Positions 51,741-63,479 of a stretch of DNA of 64,000 bases are shown one piece after another. Origin of the DNA: Eledone cirrhosa. Taxonomy: Eukaryota. The DNA lies in contig OZ024740.1 of NCBI GenBank assembly GCA_964016885.1, positions 100,378,001 through 100,442,000 of the forward strand, written 5' to 3'. The position numbers and the translations under genes are program-made. Position 1 is the stretch's first letter; each line of letters starts with the position of its first letter. Under the pieces are notes generated by a model. It was not told the origin of the DNA, did not search any database, and saw only the letters and a program-made list of their open reading frames with translations.

Positions 51741-53858
51741 TATAGCGGGGATACTGGGTTGCATGAATGTAACAAAACGAGACAATGTTTGTGTATATAA
51801 TATTTAATTAACGGTAGATAGAATACTTGACATGTCAAAGATATATGTTAGAATGAAACAAAGTTAGTAGTTACCGTTTTGATTGCCAGGCAAACGCGGC
51901 TGGCAGAGGGCGCCTGGCTAAGGCCAGGCGCCTGTTGGCCAAATTAATGGCAGAGCCAAATGAGAAGACTCTTGACCTGGTGCCGAAAAGGCAAAGAGAG
52001 AGGAAGGAAGCTTAACGTTGTTAGTTTTATAGGGCTCTGACCGGAAGTTGCAGAAAGGGTTCCACTTCCCGTCTAGATCCCAATCAAAACAAGGGAGACA
52101 ACCGCCACATAACCTCCCGCCAGAATTTTAGTGTATAAAAATCGAAATGAAAATATGTAGCAAGTTGGCGAGAATGTTGTAACAGGCCTGAAAATTACGA
52201 AAGAATGTTTGGAAAAATCAATGATAGATATCAAGGTAGCCAACCGCTCTTGGCCAGAGAACGACTGGACATCCATCTATCCATCACCCAAAGACACAAT
52301 GTAATAAAGTAAAAGTAATAGAAGAGCTCAAAGCTCAAAATATAGTTCACAGGTGTGCAATCACATGACAGCAGGAAAGAAAGTGTGTTCCAGAGAATGA
52401 ATGCAGGTGGTTTCTGTTCTGTGGTATATCGTGAAATTTCCAACCTCCGAATGGATTTTCTCACAGGAAGAGTGCTGCAAAAATGAATTCTCTGGCTTTG
52501 GTGAAGCTGTATTGATGTATTGCTGTTGCTGTTATATTGCTGTTGCTGCTGCTGTTGTCTCGCTGAGTGAGCGTATTCGGTGTCTAAATTCACAGTAAAA
52601 AAATTTTTTTTTTAGAAAAAAAAATGAGTTGCGCAAAGTGCCAGAAATAGCAGCCGAAGTTGATGGTCGATGTTGAGAATGCGTTGACCTGGAAGGGTCA
52701 AGAGGCCAGCGACCAGAGAAATAAGCATTCTTAATAAATGCGCGGTTATCAACGGTTAATTTACATTGTAAATTTATAAACCGGCAAATAGAAGAATATA
52801 GCTTAAGGCTGAAGAATCCTTGGGGGAGAAATGCTATCTCTGGCGTGCGGCTGTCTGTGAGGAGAGACATCTCAGTGAATCGAGAATTTATGCTGCCTAC
52901 ACGTGCCAATACAAGGTTGAAAAAAAATAATATTTCTAACGCGCGAGAAAATGATAGTGCAATTTTGAAAGTGACAATGATGAAAAAGAAAGGCTTCAAT
53001 CAGCATAATTATTGGTGTGAACTTAGGAAAAAAACAAAAAACTTGAACGATGAAGAAAACGAAGAACAAAAGGCAATGGTTCATCGAAAATAAATGTTCC
53101 TGTTGAAATGTTTTTTAAAGAATATCAAATTTCTTTTTTTTTTTTTTTGTGTTTTGAAAGAGTTCGTTGTAAGAAACGAGAAACATATATATATATATCG
53201 TGAAATGTTTTTTTTGTTTTGAAAGTGTTCGTTGTAAGAAACGAGAAACATATATATATATATTGGTGAAATGCGACAGTTAATTGATGCGTGAGAGAAA
53301 AAGTATGTCTGTGCGAATTCCACATGTGCGTGTGTGCGTGTCCTTGAGTATTTTCATAGTTTGTCGCTAAATTTGCTGTGTATTCGTAATGTTACTCACA
53401 AAACCAGATGTGCTATTTTTTTCTTTTTTTTGGGGTGACCACTTATAGCGATGAACGGCTGCGTGTTCGTATCACGTCAGGGTTACCAATATAGCGGGGA
53501 TACTGGGTTGCATGAATGTAACAAAACGAGACAATGTTTGTGTATATAATATTTAATTAACGGTAGATAGAATACTTGACATGTCAAAGATATATGTTAG
53601 AATGAAACAAAGTTAGTAGTTACCGTTTTGATTGCCAGGCAAACGCGGCTGGCAGAGGGCGCCTGGCTAAGGCCAGGCGCCTGTTGGCCAAATTAATGGC
53701 AGAGCCAAATGAGAAGACTCTTGACCTGGTGCCGAAAAGGCAAAGAGAGAGGAAGGAAGCTTAACGTTGTTAGTTTTATAGGGCTCTGACCGGAAGTTGC
53801 AGAAAGGGTTCCACTTCCCGTCTAGATCCCAATCAAAACAAGGGAGACAACCGCCACA
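51741..53858 (-). mobile_element. Non-autonomous LTR retrotransposon, copy B (LTRs 51741-52109 and 53490-53858)
   Basis: Same family as 14271-16478. The 369-bp LTRs look identical by eye. TSD TTAT; same PBS and PPT; inserted in the (ATT)n tail of the Tx1 element. Confidence 0.93.
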
Positions 53859-53876
53859 TTATTATTATTATTATAC

Positions 53877-53918
<42 letters not shown>

Positions 53919-54374
53919 ATAGTAGTAGTAGTGTGCAAACAATTGCCAAATTAACCACTTCACCAATTTTGACAGTATTCATTTTCCCTAATTATTTTAC
54001 AGGTTCTACTTCAGAAAATGTTTTATTAAATTAGAGAAATTAAAACATATATTATACATATGAGTGCATAAAATAAATATATATATATATATCTAAATAC
54101 CTTCAGCACCCAGTTTATCCGTAAATATTATTCTCCTTTCTCGTAGATATCTGCCTTCCTTCTATCTCAATAACAAAATGTCCTGTTCACTCTAGTCATT
54201 TTTACTGTTATCAATTTTTCGGACTACACCACGTTGGCTATTAGACCTCTCCCGTAACCCATCACATCATTTCGTTCTCTCTCTCTCATTCATTCCGGTT
54301 TATTTTATTGCTGCTTATTCCTAAATCTCCTAAGATGATGATATACGTGAGCTGGCTGCCTATCTCTCTCACAT

Positions 54375-54462
54375 GCTGGAAAGCATGGCGTCCGACCCTC
54401 TACCGATACTGCCAATCCACCGCCCATCCTACCGATACTGCCAATCCACCGCCCATCCTACT
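54375..54462 (-). mobile_element. MetaSINE-like head fragment with a 29-bp tandem duplication
   Basis: CTACCGATACTGCCAATCCACCGCCCATC occurs twice and is the reverse complement of the SINE head GGTGGATTGGCAGTATCGGTAG. Confidence 0.75.
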
Positions 54463-54467
54463 GATAG

Positions 54468-54690
54468 TAAATAATGATTTCTTTATTGGCCACAAGGGCT
54501 AACATCAAGAAAAACATTACAGACGGTACAGGACGGTACGATGTGGATTTGTGCGTATAAAGTTTTTTTATTATTTATATAAGAAACGAAAAAGAAAAAA
54601 GACATAGAAACATATAAATATATAAACAATAAAAATGAAAATTCAAACAATGAAAAATTCCCAATCTATGGATGAGCTGGGGATAAATGG
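54468..54690 (-). mobile_element. Tx1-like 3' UTR fragment
   Basis: AATAATGATTTCTTTATTGGCCACAAGGG is the reverse complement of the Tx1 tail. Confidence 0.65.
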
Positions 54691-54719
54691 AACAACCCCG
54701 AATTAATAAATGAATATGA

Positions 54720-57700
54720 ATCCGCAAGCTACCAAACATCCATGCAAAGCTTCAATACAGAGACAGGTTGCATACACACGGCCCCGCAAAAATTCACACC
54801 ATTGTACGAGTGATGACAAATGCCCCAAACTCCGAGTTGGAAACATCAATGTAAACTAAAAAAAGGAAGAGCAGGAGATATTGTAGAGATGCTAGAGCGA
54901 AAGGAAATTGATGTATGCTGTGTGCAAGAGAGACTAGATGGAGAGGAGAGTCCGCTAGAGTCCTCGTAGGCAAGAGTCAATGATACAAATTTTTCTGGGT
55001 GGGAAATGACAACGGGATGGGAGGGGTAGGTATACTATTAGCTGACAAATGGGTAGATAAGGTAATCTCAGTGAACAGGGTGAATGCAAGAATCATTAAA
55101 CTCAGACTAGCCCTAAATAAAACAATTAACACAATAATATCAGCTTACAAACCCCAATCGGGGTTGCCAGACGAACTTAAGGATAGATTTTATGAGTCCC
55201 TAATGCACACTACTGACCTAAAAAGCGGCAATGACTTCCTAATCATTGCAGGAGATTTCAACAGATACGTTGGTAAACACCGTGGCGGCTTCTATAGAGT
55301 CCATGAAGGCCATGTGTTTGGCAAAAGAAATGAAGAAGGCCACAGGCTTCTGGAATTCTGCGACGCCAATGACATGTCGATATGTAACACAAACTTCAAA
55401 AAACCCGAAAACCATCTGATCACCTAAAGATAAGGGGAGCATTCTAGTCAGAGAGATTTTATCCTCATCAGAGGACGTGATAGATGGACGGTTGTAAACA
55501 CAAAATCCTTCCCTGGTGAGGAATGTACCTCCCGAGATAACTTAGTTGTCAGCGACCTCGCTGTCAAAACTAGACCAACTTGGAAACAGAAGCCAACCTG
55601 GAGAAGAAAGATCCGGAAGCTAAAAAACCCCTCAGTCAGTAACAGGTTTAAAGATATTCTACTCAACGCCTATGGCAGTAAATAAGAGCAGATAGAGACA
55701 TTCAATGTAATGGAGTACTGGAAGTTCCTAAAAAATAACTTACTAAAGACGACGGACGAGAAATGTGGTAGGAGCAAGTCCACAGGGAGGAGGAGAGGGA
55801 CTTGGTGGTGGAACAATAAGGTAGATGAGGCAGTTAAGGCTAAGAGACAGGCATGGAAAGAATGGAAGAACAGGGGTAGCAGGGTACATTACATAGAGAC
55901 CAGGAGGGAAGCTAGGTGACAAGTATACTTAGCTAGAAGGGAAGCAGAGGATAGAAAATTCAAGCATATTTTGCAACGGAGGACCAGAAACAGGAGGTGT
56001 TCAAGATTTCAAGGCAGTATGTCAGAGAGAATTGTGATATCATTGGAGAGAAGTGTATTCGGAATGATAATGGTGAGCTTCCCCTCAAAAGTGCCAAGAA
56101 GAAAGCTACGTGGAAGAGCCATTATGAAAGATTACTAAACGAGGAGAATGCATGGGGAAAAAAGACCCTACACCAAGTGGACCTATAGAGGGGCCAGCAG
56201 TACAAATCAGCAGCAACGTAATAAGTAAGGCAATCAAAGATATGAAGACAGGGAAGGCAACCGGTCCATCGAGTATAGCTGCAGAGATGCTGAAGGCATC
56301 TGAGTCGATATATCACACCATAAGTACACGTAGTGTTAACCAGGTAATACTAGAAGGTGTCATACCAAAGGATTGGTGCAGTAGCATCATTGTCAACTGC
56401 TACAAAGTTAAATGTGATGCACTAGATAGAGGAAACTATAGAGGTATAAAGCTGATGGACCAGGTCATGAAAGTAACAGAAAGAGTTATAGCACAGTTGA
56501 TTAGGGATAGGGTGAAACTAGATGAGATGCAATTTGGGTTTGTACCAGGAAAAGGCACCACTGACGCCCTCTTCCTTGTGAGGCAGTTACAGGAAAAGTA
56601 CCTAGCTAAAAGTAAGCTCCTCTACCTGGCATTCGTCGATCTAGAAAAAGCCTTCGACGGAGTCCCCTGTACTATAATCTGGTGGGCTCTTAGAAAATTA
56701 GGAGTAGACGAATGGCTTGTGAAAGCTTTACAAGCCATGTATAGAGGAGCAGTCAGAAAATTTAGGGTTAGAAATGACTATAGCGAGGAATTTAGCATAC
56801 AGGTCGGCGTCCACCAGGGCTCTGTTCTTAGCCCTCTCCTGTTCATTATAGTTTTGCAGGCAATAATGGAGGAGTTTAAAACCGGATGCCCATGGGAACT
56901 CCTGTATGCGGATGATCTCGCACTTATAGCTGAATCCATGATGGAACTAGAGAAGAAATTCCAAACATAGAAGCAGGGACCTGAAAGAAGGGGTCTCAAA
57001 GTCAACCTGACAAAGACTAAGGTCCTTGTAAGTAGACGAAAAAACAGAACACAAATCCCCTCAGAGAAATGGCCTTGCTCAGTATGTAGGATAGGTGTAG
57101 GTAGGAACTCCATCCTCTGCCCCAAATGCAAACAATGGGTACACAAGATATGTAGTGGGATCTCAGGAAGTTTAACTAAGAATGTAGGCTTCACATGTAG
57201 CATTTGCGCTTGGACAGCAAGCAGCAAACGACCACAGGAAACAAGCACCACCAAACTCTGGGAGGGCTCTGTAGAAACACTAGACAGCTTCTGATTCCTA
57301 GGTGACCGAATTAGCAGCAGAGGTGGGTGTTCGGAATGTACAACAACTAGGGTAAGAACGGAATAGAAGTTCAGGGAGCTACTTCCACTGCTAGCTGCAA
57401 AAGGCTTTTCCCTCAAAATGAAAGGCAGACTGTATGATGTGTGTATACGAATAGCTATGTTATATGGAAGTGAAACCTGGGCGCTGTCTGTAGAAGCCAT
57501 GCGCAGATTAGAAAGAAACGAAGCCTGCATGCTCCGATGGATGTGTAATAGTAATATATGCGAACAGCAAAGTATAAACGAATTGAGAGAGAGACGAGCA
57601 TAAGAGGAATCAAATGCTGTGTGCATGAGAGGAGGTTACGTTGGTATGGACATGTGATGTGTATGAAGGATGACAGTTGCATAAAAAGGTGCAGAGCACT

Positions 57701-58169
57701 AGAAGTCGATGGAAGCCACGGAGTGTGGAGACCCAAGAAGACCTGGGATGAGGTGATAAAGGCTAACCTTACCCAATTGCACCTCTCAAGAACAAGGACA
57801 CACGACCGTGACATCTGGCGTCACGCAGTAATACAGAAGTCCCGACCCCCCACAGGAACAAGCCGAAGCTGAAGCATATAGACAATATTCCCCCACACTC
57901 TCCCACTAAAAAGTGGTCGTGGAGGTGCCATAGCAAAAAAGCACCCAGCCCACACTGTAAAGTGGACGTGTAGGCGCCATGGAAAACAGCACCCAGCACT
58001 CACTGTAAATGAGGTTGGTGTTAGGAAGGCCATCCAGCTGTAGAAATCAAGCCACAATCAGTTCCTGTATGAGGAAGACAAGATTAGCCAACCGGACACT
58101 GCCCACAACATGACAAGCTGTCTAACCCATGCTAGTGTTGAAGAACAGACGTAAAACGATGATGATGAT
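54720..58169 (+). mobile_element. Near full-length RTE-clade LINE, decayed (APE + RT + PHD-like finger)
   Basis: APE: LRVGNINV, DVCCVQE, GVGILLA, AGDFN, RNEEG..LLEFC. RT: GKATGPS, NYRGIKL, QFGFVPG, FVDLEKAFD, GVHQGSVLSP, LLYADD. Then MLYGSETW and RRLRWYGHV; (GAT)n tail; multiple stops and frameshifts. Confidence 0.93.
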
Positions 58170-58837
58170 ATATATATATATATATATTACACAAAAATCA
58201 AATTATGTTAAAATTATTTTATTGCTGACAATCGTTTCTTCCAAACTTTCGTTTGATATCATCGAAGCACTAGCAATGTTTGTACATATAATTAACCTCC
58301 TATTCAACTGAACAATGATGTAGATACATGGATATTAATGTTGTCAACAACAGTTTCGTATTTACTGTGTGCAATCGATGCGACATATATTACAAGAAAT
58401 TGTACAATAATTAAAATCAAAAAGCATAGAGTGGAATACATGCGACAGATATCACAAAGGGAAAAGTATAATAATTATAGAGGCATTAAGGAGAACAGTT
58501 ACTCGTAAAACGAGGACACCAGCAGTACATATGCAAGCGTGTGGAGAGTGCAACTGCGTTAGTCATATATAGGAAGGAGACATATAGGCATATATAATTA
58601 CTGTATGGTAAAGGTATCACAAAAAGATAACATAGGTTTACAAGCATATCAAGCAGAGGTGTTTGTGTATTAATATTACGATTTTATGGTGGATGTAATA
58701 CGATGATTGTTTCTGTTATGATCAAATGTGTACGTGTCGTGAGTATCACTGTTATTTCTATCTTTTCCATTACGTTGGTTAAGTTCTATTTTAGTGAATG
58801 TTTTTAGTCAGTTACAGCTATGGATTGTATATTGGTC

Positions 58838-58945
58838 TTCCCGCCGAGGTTTACTTTACCTTTCATCCTTACGGGGTCGATAAAATAAAGTACCAGTAAT
58901 GCACTGGGTATTTGCTGGCCTTGTGCCTAAAGTAGAAACAATTAT
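58838..58945 (+). mobile_element. 5'-truncated MetaSINE-like copy
   Basis: CCTTTCATCCTTACGGGGTCGATAAAATAAAGTACCAGTAATGCACTGG core. Confidence 0.85.
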
Positions 58946-59261
58946 GTTGTTATCCTTGGTTCGGGTTGTTCTATCGCGGTTCTTCCAACGGTATAATTTC
59001 CGGAAGTGAGTTTGAGATTCATATTAAGGGGAGCTAATGTGAAAGGGGAGGTAACTAGCGATTAAATTGTATATGCAAGTAACAAGAAGGAAACATGGAA
59101 GAAGAAGTATAGCTGTGTACAGTTTCAATTAGTTAAATACTTTGTGCTAATATACATTATCTTGTGTTACAAATGAATCACTTTTATATAGTGTTATTTA
59201 TTTATATTTAATTTTAGATACAGTCTATACTCCTATAATACATTAAAGGTCTCATTATATT

Positions 59262-59398
59262 GTTACGTCCCTTTACGGTCTGAGTTCAAATCCCGCCGAG
59301 GTTTACTTTGCCTTTCATCCTTACTATGTCGATAAAATAAAGTACCAGTAATGCACTGAGTAATTGCTGGCCTTGTGCCTAAAGTAGAAACAATTATA
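59262..59398 (+). mobile_element. 5'-truncated MetaSINE-like copy
   Basis: B box GAGTTCAAATCCC plus core. Confidence 0.85.
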
Positions 59399-60147
59399 TT
59401 GTTATCTATCTATTAATGAGTAAAATATAATATAAACTATAAGTAATCTATAGTAAAAATGTATAGTTGTTTACAGGTCCAATTAGTTAAATCCCTTGTG
59501 TTATTAATATACATTACATTATGTTATATGTAAATCCCTTATATATAATGCTATTAGTTTATATATTTTTAATTATAAATATAATTTATTTTTCTATAAT
59601 ACATTAAATGCCTCATCTTATTATTATCTATCCATTACTGCATATAATATATCGAAGTTATAGTAATTATATTAAATGGTGGTAATTTTATGTTTATTTC
59701 TAATAGTTATTGAAAAGTATAATGTTTGAGATAAATAGGAGATAGGTAGAGGAATGAGCTGATTCTAGAGTGTGATGATATGAGGGTAATTATATGCGGA
59801 TGAGACCTAGAGGTGAAGTGTTAATGGTGGTGAGGAATTCAGATTTGACATTGTTATATACTATTAGCTAGGTTTAAAGCTATGGAAAGAGTGTCGGTGG
59901 TAGTGCTGGCACATTGAAAAAAACCTCTGGTTTTCTATTTAGGAGGTGTAGTTTCGAATAGATTATTAGAAGACAGAGGTTACACAATTTATATTCCTGC
60001 TCTGTAAAATATCTGATGTATTTACATTGAGCTATTTTTCTTACTGGTAATAAGGTAGTAATATATTACTGACCTTTCCTGTTTATAGTTGTATATAGTG
60101 TATGCATAACTATAAATAGTATCATTATTATATATATATATATATAT

Positions 60148-60263
60148 AGTTCAAATCCCGCCAAGGTTAACTTTGCCTTTCATCCTTACGGGGTCGATAA
60201 AATAAAGTACCAGTAATACACTGGGTAGTTGGTGGCCTTGTGCCAAAAGTAGAAACAATTATT
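60148..60263 (+). mobile_element. 5'-truncated MetaSINE-like copy
   Basis: AGTTCAAATCCCGCC plus core, between (TA)n tracts. Confidence 0.85.
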
Positions 60264-60420
60264 ATATATATATAAAGGTTAAAATACTGGAGCGTGTTGG
60301 AGTTAAACACCCTCTTCGTATTATAGAAATGACAGTAAAAGGTATAGCTCAATGTAGTTAAACAGAGCCGAAAAATTAAGAGAGTAAAACAAAGAAGCCT
60401 TCAATACATCAAAAGTCTTT

Positions 60421-60466
60421 ATTAGCCGACAATATTTCGTCCTATTAAGGACTCATCAGGGCAATT
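60421..60466 (-). ncRNA. Type I hammerhead ribozyme motif (minus strand)
   Basis: AATTGCC-CTGATGA-GTCC-TTAATA-GGAC-GAAA-TATTGTC-GGCTAAT; predicted GUC cleavage triplet at 60430-60428. Confidence 0.8.
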
Positions 60467-60635
60467 CAAACAACAAGAAGTAATATGGTTCCTAATGTCA
60501 CATACATCCTTAGTAATTTTCATTATATATTTTTATTATTTTTATTATATATTTTTGCAATACTTTAGTATATGTACACTCCATATTCTTCGGAGCTTCT
60601 GGTTTGTATCTGCCGTTATTACTTCTTGTTGTTTG

Positions 60636-60681
60636 AATTGCCCTGATGAGTCCTTAATAGGACGAAACATTGTCGGCTAAT
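60636..60681 (+). ncRNA. Type I hammerhead ribozyme motif (plus strand)
   Basis: AATTGCC-CTGATGA-GTCC-TTAATA-GGAC-GAAA-CATTGTC-GGCTAAT. Canonical CUGAUGA/GAAA core, G-C-based 4-bp stem II, short stem III, GUC cleavage after 60674, stem I GCC/GGC; AATAAA follows. Confidence 0.85.
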
Positions 60682-60722
60682 AAAGACTTTTGATGTATTG
60701 AAGGCTTCTTTGTTTTACTCTC

Positions 60723-60766
<44 letters not shown>

Positions 60767-60767
<1 letters not shown>

Positions 60768-61237
60768 CATACGTCAAAACGGCCGGTCTCAAAAGTGAAA
60801 CTAAGTTTTGACAGTTACGTACACGTTATAAGAGTTATTTAAATTTATATATATAAAATAAAGGAGCAAATAAGAGCATGATATGAAGTCAGTCATGTGT
60901 GTGTGTATATATGTGTGTGTGTGTGTGTAAAACGAATGTAAAAGTGCACACACATATACACTTATATATGCACACATACACACTATAATTTATACACGTG
61001 TGTGTGTATATATGTGTGTGTGTGTAAAATTCTAGGAAACCTTATCTATGCCCTACATATATTCTTTTACATTCGTTTACACACACACACACATATATAC
61101 ACACACACATGACTGACTTCATATCATGCTCTTATGTGCTCCTTTATTTTATATATATAAATTTAAATAACTCTTATAACGTGTACGTAACTGTCAAAAA
61201 TTAGTTTCACTTTTGGGACCGGCCGTTTTGACGTATG

Positions 61238-61238
<1 letters not shown>
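60767..61238. mobile_element. Fold-back (MITE-like or Penelope-derived) element with ~175-bp inverted arms in (TA)n
   Basis: 60767-60944 is the near-perfect reverse complement of 61064-61238; long (TA)n on both sides. Confidence 0.88.
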
Positions 61239-61292
<54 letters not shown>

Positions 61293-61407
61293 AAGATTCA
61301 GAACACGTCATTCTTTATATTAACATACACATACACTCATCATTATCATCATCATGATAGTTTTTACATCTCCCTACGTTTGCATGGGTTGAATATATAT
61401 ATATTTA

Positions 61408-61605
61408 TATTGACCTCCTGGAAACTGTTCAGAGACGTTCAACTAAGCGCATACCCTCCATCAGACACCTACCATACTCTGAACGCCTTGCTTCCCTGGG
61501 CATGGATTCATTTTCCTAACATTTGTACATTATTCTATGTACTATACATACACCTTTGATGATTTGTAGTGCACTTGAGCACTTTACACAATAATTTCAT
61601 TATTA
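61408..61605 (+). mobile_element. CR1/L2-type LINE 3' fragment
   Basis: Translates IDLLETVQRRSTKRIPSIRHLPYSERLASLGMDS, the typical LE.VQRRATK...Y.ERL..L motif. Confidence 0.75.
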
Positions 61606-61671
61606 AAATTATGTATATAAATGTATATATCGATACAAACACACACTCACACACATACATATATATATATA

Positions 61672-62858
61672 CAGGTGTTGGACAAAATAATGGAAAGACC
61701 TTAAAATTTCAAACAAATTTATTTTAATATTGGGTAGGATCGCCGTTGGCAGTAATTACAGCTTGAATTCTACGAGGTATGGACTCGTACAAAGTTTGAA
61801 TAGTTTCCAAAGAAATTTGTGTCCATTCTTCAGGTAACAGTCTCCAGTTCTTGTAGTGATGATGGTGGAGGATATCGACTCCTTACTTGTTTTTCTAAAA
61901 TGCCCCATAAATGTTCAATAATATTGAGATCTGGGGACTGTGGTGGCCAGATAAGATGTTCAACTTCACTAGAATGTTCTTCGTGCCATTCAATAACAGC
62001 TTTAACTGTGTGAATTGGTGCATTATCATCCTGAAAGATTGCGTTTCCCTCGGGAAACAGTTCCGCAACCATAGGATGAATTTGATCAAATAAAATGCTT
62101 AAATAGTCTTGACTATTAATTCTGCCATGAAGCGAAACCATTGGGCCGGCGGATTTCCAAGATATATCCCCCCAGATCATTACAGATCCTACTCCATGAT
62201 TAACAGTTGGAAGAAGGCAGTCTGGGTCAAATGCTTCTTTTGGTTGTCTCCACACGTATACTCGGCCGGTGGTCAGAAATAAGGTAAAGGATGACTCGTC
62301 CGAGAAAATAACATTCTTCCACTGCTTTAGGGACCAATTCTGTAGGTTTTTACTCGACTCTAAACGCTTTGCAACATTTTTCTTTTTGAAAGTAGTGGCT
62401 TTGTGGAAACTGGGTTCTCGAGATGGTCATGAAGCTCTGCAGTAATTTTGGGAGCTGTACTTTTGTGATCCTTTCTAACAATTCACGTAAGAATTCGATG
62501 GTCCCTATCTGAAAGTTTTGGTTTTCTTCCAGAGTTTTGTTTCGACGAGGAGGTTTTTTCCTCTTTCTCAAAGGCTGACATTACATTCGAGACAGTACTT
62601 CTTGATACACCAAACATTTCAGCTGTTTTCGTTACACTAGCGCCTACCATACGAGCACCGACAATTTGACCTCTTTGAAAGTCCGATAGATCTGTCATTT
62701 TAATGAATTTTAATTACCTTTTTCTGATGATATCTGAAAAGAAACAGCAATGTTAACAAAACATATTAAGCAACACTAATAATAAATCAAAAACATAAAA
62801 ATAAACAAACTTTTGATGCTATGATGCTAGGTGTTTCCATTATTTTGTCCAATCCCTG
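61672..62858 (-). mobile_element. Tc1/mariner DNA transposon
   Basis: ~30-bp TIRs CAGGTGTTGGACAAAATAATGGAAAGACCT and AGGTGTTTCCATTATTTTGTCCAATCCCTG, with TA on both flanks. Confidence 0.93.
61724..62698 (-). pseudogene. Tc1 transposase (DD34E-type), frameshifted
   Basis: HTH MTDLSDFQRGQIVGARM...FGVSRSTVS, GRKPKLS, VIFSDES, SVMIWG, FQDDNAPIH, WPPQSPDLNIIEHLW. Confidence 0.9.
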
Positions 62859-62959
62859 TATATATATATATATGTATGTAAAAGGTAAACAAAAATAATA
62901 ACACAATTGGTACAGTATATGGAAGGGATATATTAGGTTAACGCTTGATATAAAAGGAA

Positions 62960-63002
62960 GAAGGTTTTAACGTTTCGGACGTTAGTCCTTCATCAGAAGA
63001 AA
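62960..63002 (-). ncRNA. Hammerhead-like motif (Penelope-type variant with an extra A)
   Basis: TT-CTGATGA-A-GGAC-TAAC-GTCC-GAAA-CGTTA-AA; palindromic AACGTT stem III; weak stem I. Confidence 0.55.
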
Positions 63003-63337
63003 GAAGGAGAAATATGATAGATTGAGGGGAGGGGCGGGATGGAATTGGAAAAAATGTCTTTAGATAAAAATAACAGGTCCATTCATGTTGACATGTATAT
63101 ATACATATTTTTATTCATATAAATATATATTTGTATTCAACCCCAAATAACTTACCCAGTTATTGAACGCTCTGGGGGAAGATATATTGTCTTTAAAGTA
63201 TTGAAATATCGGAAACCCCCGGTAGACAACTGATGAGGAAAACTCCCCCCACCCTCCGTTCTTGCTTTCTTCCTATTCTCATTCCATTTTTAAGCCTAAC
63301 TTAACTAGAAGCTACACAACCATCCTATTCTCCATAT

Positions 63338-63387
<50 letters not shown>

Positions 63388-63479
63388 TTAAAAAAAAAAT
63401 CAGTGAGGCATCTGGACTCAGTTTATTGCGTGTTACAATTGTTTCGCCGGCAGGTAGCTCGAGACATGATACCCCCATG

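Larger units (their letters stand above)
60375..60727. mobile_element. Fold-back element with 111-bp inverted arms, each carrying a hammerhead ribozyme motif
   Basis: 60375-60485 is the reverse complement of 60617-60727 with one mismatch. The spacer is 131 bp, and the right arm runs into (TA)n. Confidence 0.92.

Noticed and set aside
56778-57626. 282-aa minus-strand ORF
   Set aside because: Antisense shadow of the RTE ORF.
58500-58600. Possible GIY-YIG remnant (C..C...SYIG)
   Set aside because: Needs several frameshifts; too degraded to support.
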